Shown one piece after another: positions 60,201 to 64,000 of a stretch of 64,000 bases of DNA. Location: NCBI RefSeq assembly GCF_964204645.1, contig NC_134027.1:26188560-26252559 (forward strand). Reading direction: 5' to 3'. Both the position numbers and the translations under genes were made by a program. This stretch comes from Tubulanus polymorphus. Taxonomy: Eukaryota; Animalia; Nemertea. Under the pieces are notes generated by a model. The model was not told the origin of the DNA. It saw only the letters and a program-made list of their open reading frames with translations, and ran no database searches. Each line of letters starts with the position of its first letter. Positions within the stretch are counted from its first letter, which is position 1.

Positions 60201-63200
60201 TACAATGAATTACCGCGCTCGACAGGATCATATAGTAATTACGGGACTGATGATAAGAAAATCATTAACCACAGTTATAGTAATTAATGCTTATCACACC
60301 GGCTTGTATAAACAGAGTTCAACCGGTGCGGACACTTATCGTCGACTTATTGAATAAATTCCGCAATCGGAATCGCGAGCACTTCGAATACTTAGGACAC
60401 ATTTTTATATTTTCCTCCGATGAAAGAAAGAAGAACCGCAGAGTTTAGTCGAGTATGCGGCGCTTTCATTGTGAACGTCGACCACAAACGTCCCTCGCCC
60501 AGCAGGCATAAGATATATAATTCGCGTCTAATTATAAGGCGCAATCTACAATCGTATCAGTTTTCTGCCAATCTTTTGATAACTACCGGAGCTAATGTAA
60601 GTATTTCATATTTATATACATCGCCAGGACGCAGTTTGACGCATGTTTCTATTCGACTACAACCTCGCACATGTAAACCTAAACGCATAATGAAAAGCCG
60701 TAGAAGGAATTTAAAAGGTCCACTCGACTGAGGACCCCCTGTGCACGATAGTGCCCCAGAGTCGAACCCCGGGGCATACTGTATTCTACTCTCAACCGAC
60801 CAGATGGCATATGACCTTCGAAGATTCACAACTCGAACCTGCCGAAAATACTCCAGGCTATCAAAGGGCATAAGACGAATTGCTCCAGGAATATATCTCT
60901 GATTTATTAAACACGTTTTTGGTTTATTTATGTGTTATATTAAGCTAAAAGCTTTCGCTTTTTTTTAAGCTTTTACGCAGTTGGCACAATACATTTATAT
61001 ATAATGAAGTCGCGACTTTTTCCGTCGCAGACAAGAACCGAATAACCCAAACACTGATTGACTGCTGAAATGTCACTTCGTCGAATCGATGCCAAAATCG
61101 ACTTATCCGCTTTTTATCATAACATTTTTGTCGATCACAAACCGCACCTGTCAATAACTAAACAATCGGAGATGGAAATGAACCCTAACACGAGTCAGTT
61201 TCCCAGTGAGACTAATCACAATTTGAATTCGTACGCTATAAGCTATACACACCCTGTGTAAAATCAGATGACGATATATTGAGTATAATGAACCGATATC
61301 TGCTTGTGATTAGAAAGTTAGATTTAAGACGATTGATAAATCGGGTTTGTGATGATGATGATGTTGTGTGCGGAGGTATTTGTACCGGTTGACTTATCGA
61401 CAGATAATCAGTGGGGCGACTATTTATGGATGTAAGACGCGTAAGCGGACATCGATTCATATTCCAGGTACCTGAACGATTTATCGAACTCGCTATCCTT
61501 CTCTCCCACTCTCCGCATCAGACACAATAGAAAAGCACTAATTGCTTGACGGTGTTTTAGTTTATTTCGTCCAAATTAATGACGAATGTAGCGGAATTAG
61601 AGGTTCGAGTGAGGTCCAGACGCGTCTTAAAACAGACACGTGGAGACACAATAGAACACGTGCTCCACACAACCAACCCTGACCCCAGCAGTCACACACG
61701 CGTCATACAGGCGGTCAACTGTGACGAAGAGTGTTACGCTTCTATGAAAATACTCACTCTTGCCGCCCAGTACGACGCGCTGTTACGTCACTTGAATGAC
61801 CAGCAATGTATTGCAATACTTGCAGTATTAAGAATAGCCCTGGTGCACTCATACGTGGGGAATAGATGATAATATCAAAACACATTATATACAAATTCAA
61901 AAGATTAAAAAGAAATTCATTTATCAAGAATATAAATGAAAAATGTGTCTTTCGCTATCGCCTCATCGCAACCTGTCTCTACTGGGAGTTCGAAATGTCG
62001 TATCTTCATATTTCAATTCTTGAAATGTAAATTTTGTTTTCAAATCTTATCAACTATCATATAGAGGGTTTACTCTTATCGCGTGTAATCTAAATCGCTT
62101 TCCTTACCTGTAGTTGGGGTCTGGCGAGTAACAATGTAATTTCTTCGCGGTTCTGGCTGAATAAATGGATCGCTTGTTCGCGGCTGTGAACCTCCTGGCC
62201 GTTTATCTGCAGAAATAAGAAAATGTTTCAAGCGTTTAATTTCGGATGGTTCCTCAGAACAGGTCCTCGGTGAAATTATCATTCAGTGGCGAGTAATATA
62301 GAGTCTGTAAATGCCAGATGGCCGAATTGAAAATAAGAATTTTACTTGATTTGGTAACTCGACAGATGCAATGACCGCCCCATGTTTGACACCGTGTTGT
62401 CATCATATTCCATTTACGTTGAAATGATGAGCAAAGCGCGGTACATTTTGAAGTCGCTAATTCGATGATTAAAATCCAATTTTCGATGGAACTGAATAGT
62501 ACAAATTCTGACATCTGCCGCGACCCGTAAGATTTATATTTATACTCGTTAAATTCAGCGAGCTGGGCTAATTGACATCCGTCTAATTACATATCGCGAC
62601 TCGGATTCAGCAGGTTCTGAATCGAAATGAGATAAAAGCCGATTTTGGAGGTTGTGAACACGTGCGCGTTGACGAAAAGATTAGCAGCAAATAAATGAAT
62701 AATTCTGCGATTTTACTGCAAATTGATTGTTAATTTGAATAAAAGTCATTGGATTCTGCTGATGTTCTTAATTCTACGCGTATTCTAACATCAAAAGCAA
62801 ATCGTCATAATTTCAATTACGGATATTCAGAAAGGACGCTTTCATCTTCGATACGGCGAACAATTGAAATATAGATTGAATTCGTGAAGTCGCGAAATCG
62901 AGACAGTAGACAAAAATAGCGTATCGTCCTCAATAACAAATTCAAGAATAACTCCACGGGCGAGTTTTAACTTCGAATCGAGGTCGTGAATTAACATTCA
63001 AATTCTACTACCTAAGGCTAAGAATATCCGAGATGAAATTCACCTTGGCAACGAATTTAGAAATTTTGTTTTTCGAAAGAGAGATATTTTTTTTTACACC
63101 TGAGAAGAATTAAGTGGACTTTTATTGCGGTTGTTATGCGCGATGCTGACTCGCCTGAAGGTTAAAGTTCTGTAACTACGGACTCTGATGGCCGACTGTT

Positions 63201-64000
63201 ATTTTTTTTTTCAATTTAGGACACGACGTTAAAGGTCGACTATTCTCCATTTATACAGAGAATGCACGTTTTAAAAGACATCAAAAAGCGTACACGATGT
63301 CTTATTGTGCGAAATGGATACAGCAAACACGACTCGGGCCGAGGCATAGTCAGCATTGTAAGCGACAAAGACAAACCGCCTATTGTCCAGTTGATCATTG
63401 TAACCAGTTTCACCAATTCTCCGCCTGGTTCAACGATATTCTATTTCATGCTCGTTCATAATACACCCATCGTTTAAGATTAAGCTGCGGAGATCAGAGA
63501 CGCTGTTCGGCGAGAGGTTTATAGGACGGGAAAATCGTCGCAGAAACCACGGTTGTAATTAGATATCTCATGCGGTCTTCCTCGGTGCTCGGTTATTATT
63601 CGCGTTTATCTGATCGCGTTTGATATGACTTGTAAAACCCCGCGTGTTATTCACGCATGCGTAAAAAGTACACGATATTGAAATTTTACGGAACTTCAAA
63701 GTCAAACGAATCTGATGACGAACACAAAGACAAATCTCTGTAAAGTTTGGATTCAGAAATGTATATGATATATTACTTAGTTTGTTGCGCAACTCGATTG
63801 CAATGTTTTAATTGCAATAATAATAATCATGATGATAATAAGTATCTTGTAAAGCGATATTCCGAAAAACTAGCTCATTGCTCTGATCTCCCCGAAGGCC
63901 TTCTTAAATAGTTTTTAGCTAAGTTTTTAAATGTCTCGATGTTATCAACTGTTCTCATGTCCGCAGACAATGTATTACATAAACGAGGCCCATAAGATTT

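Noticed and set aside
58500-64000. Short ORFs in the last 5.5 kb
   Set aside because: No recognisable domains or coherent exon chain; most likely intronic or regulatory DNA.

Overview
AT-rich, intron-dense genomic DNA from an invertebrate animal (taxon not determinable from sequence alone). Six protein-coding genes were reconstructed exon by exon: a TMEM116-like membrane protein (-), head-to-head with 5-oxoprolinase OPLAH (+, about 30 exons); EMC4 (-); NDUFS3 (+); an SLC16/MCT-family transporter (+); and the 3' part of a PDZRN3/PDZRN4/PDZD4/Slip1-family gene (-). Introns are packed with MITEs (Harbinger-like, piggyBac-like, Tc1/pogo-like and unclassified). The most unusual features are: (i) short palindromic Penelope-type relics carrying minimal hammerhead ribozyme cores, one fully intact on the sense strand of an intron; (ii) non-autonomous DNA elements with 9-bp target-site duplications and YAK..MTR ends (AcademH-like), including a nested pair and a 98-bp minimal copy; (iii) a ~13 kb modular, tandemly duplicated region with exon/intron signals but no ORF, with G-quadruplex tracts, lying between divergent EMC4 and NDUFS3; and (iv) a head-to-tail array of tiny palindrome-bounded cassettes. 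All family assignments come from reading the sequence; no database search was run.
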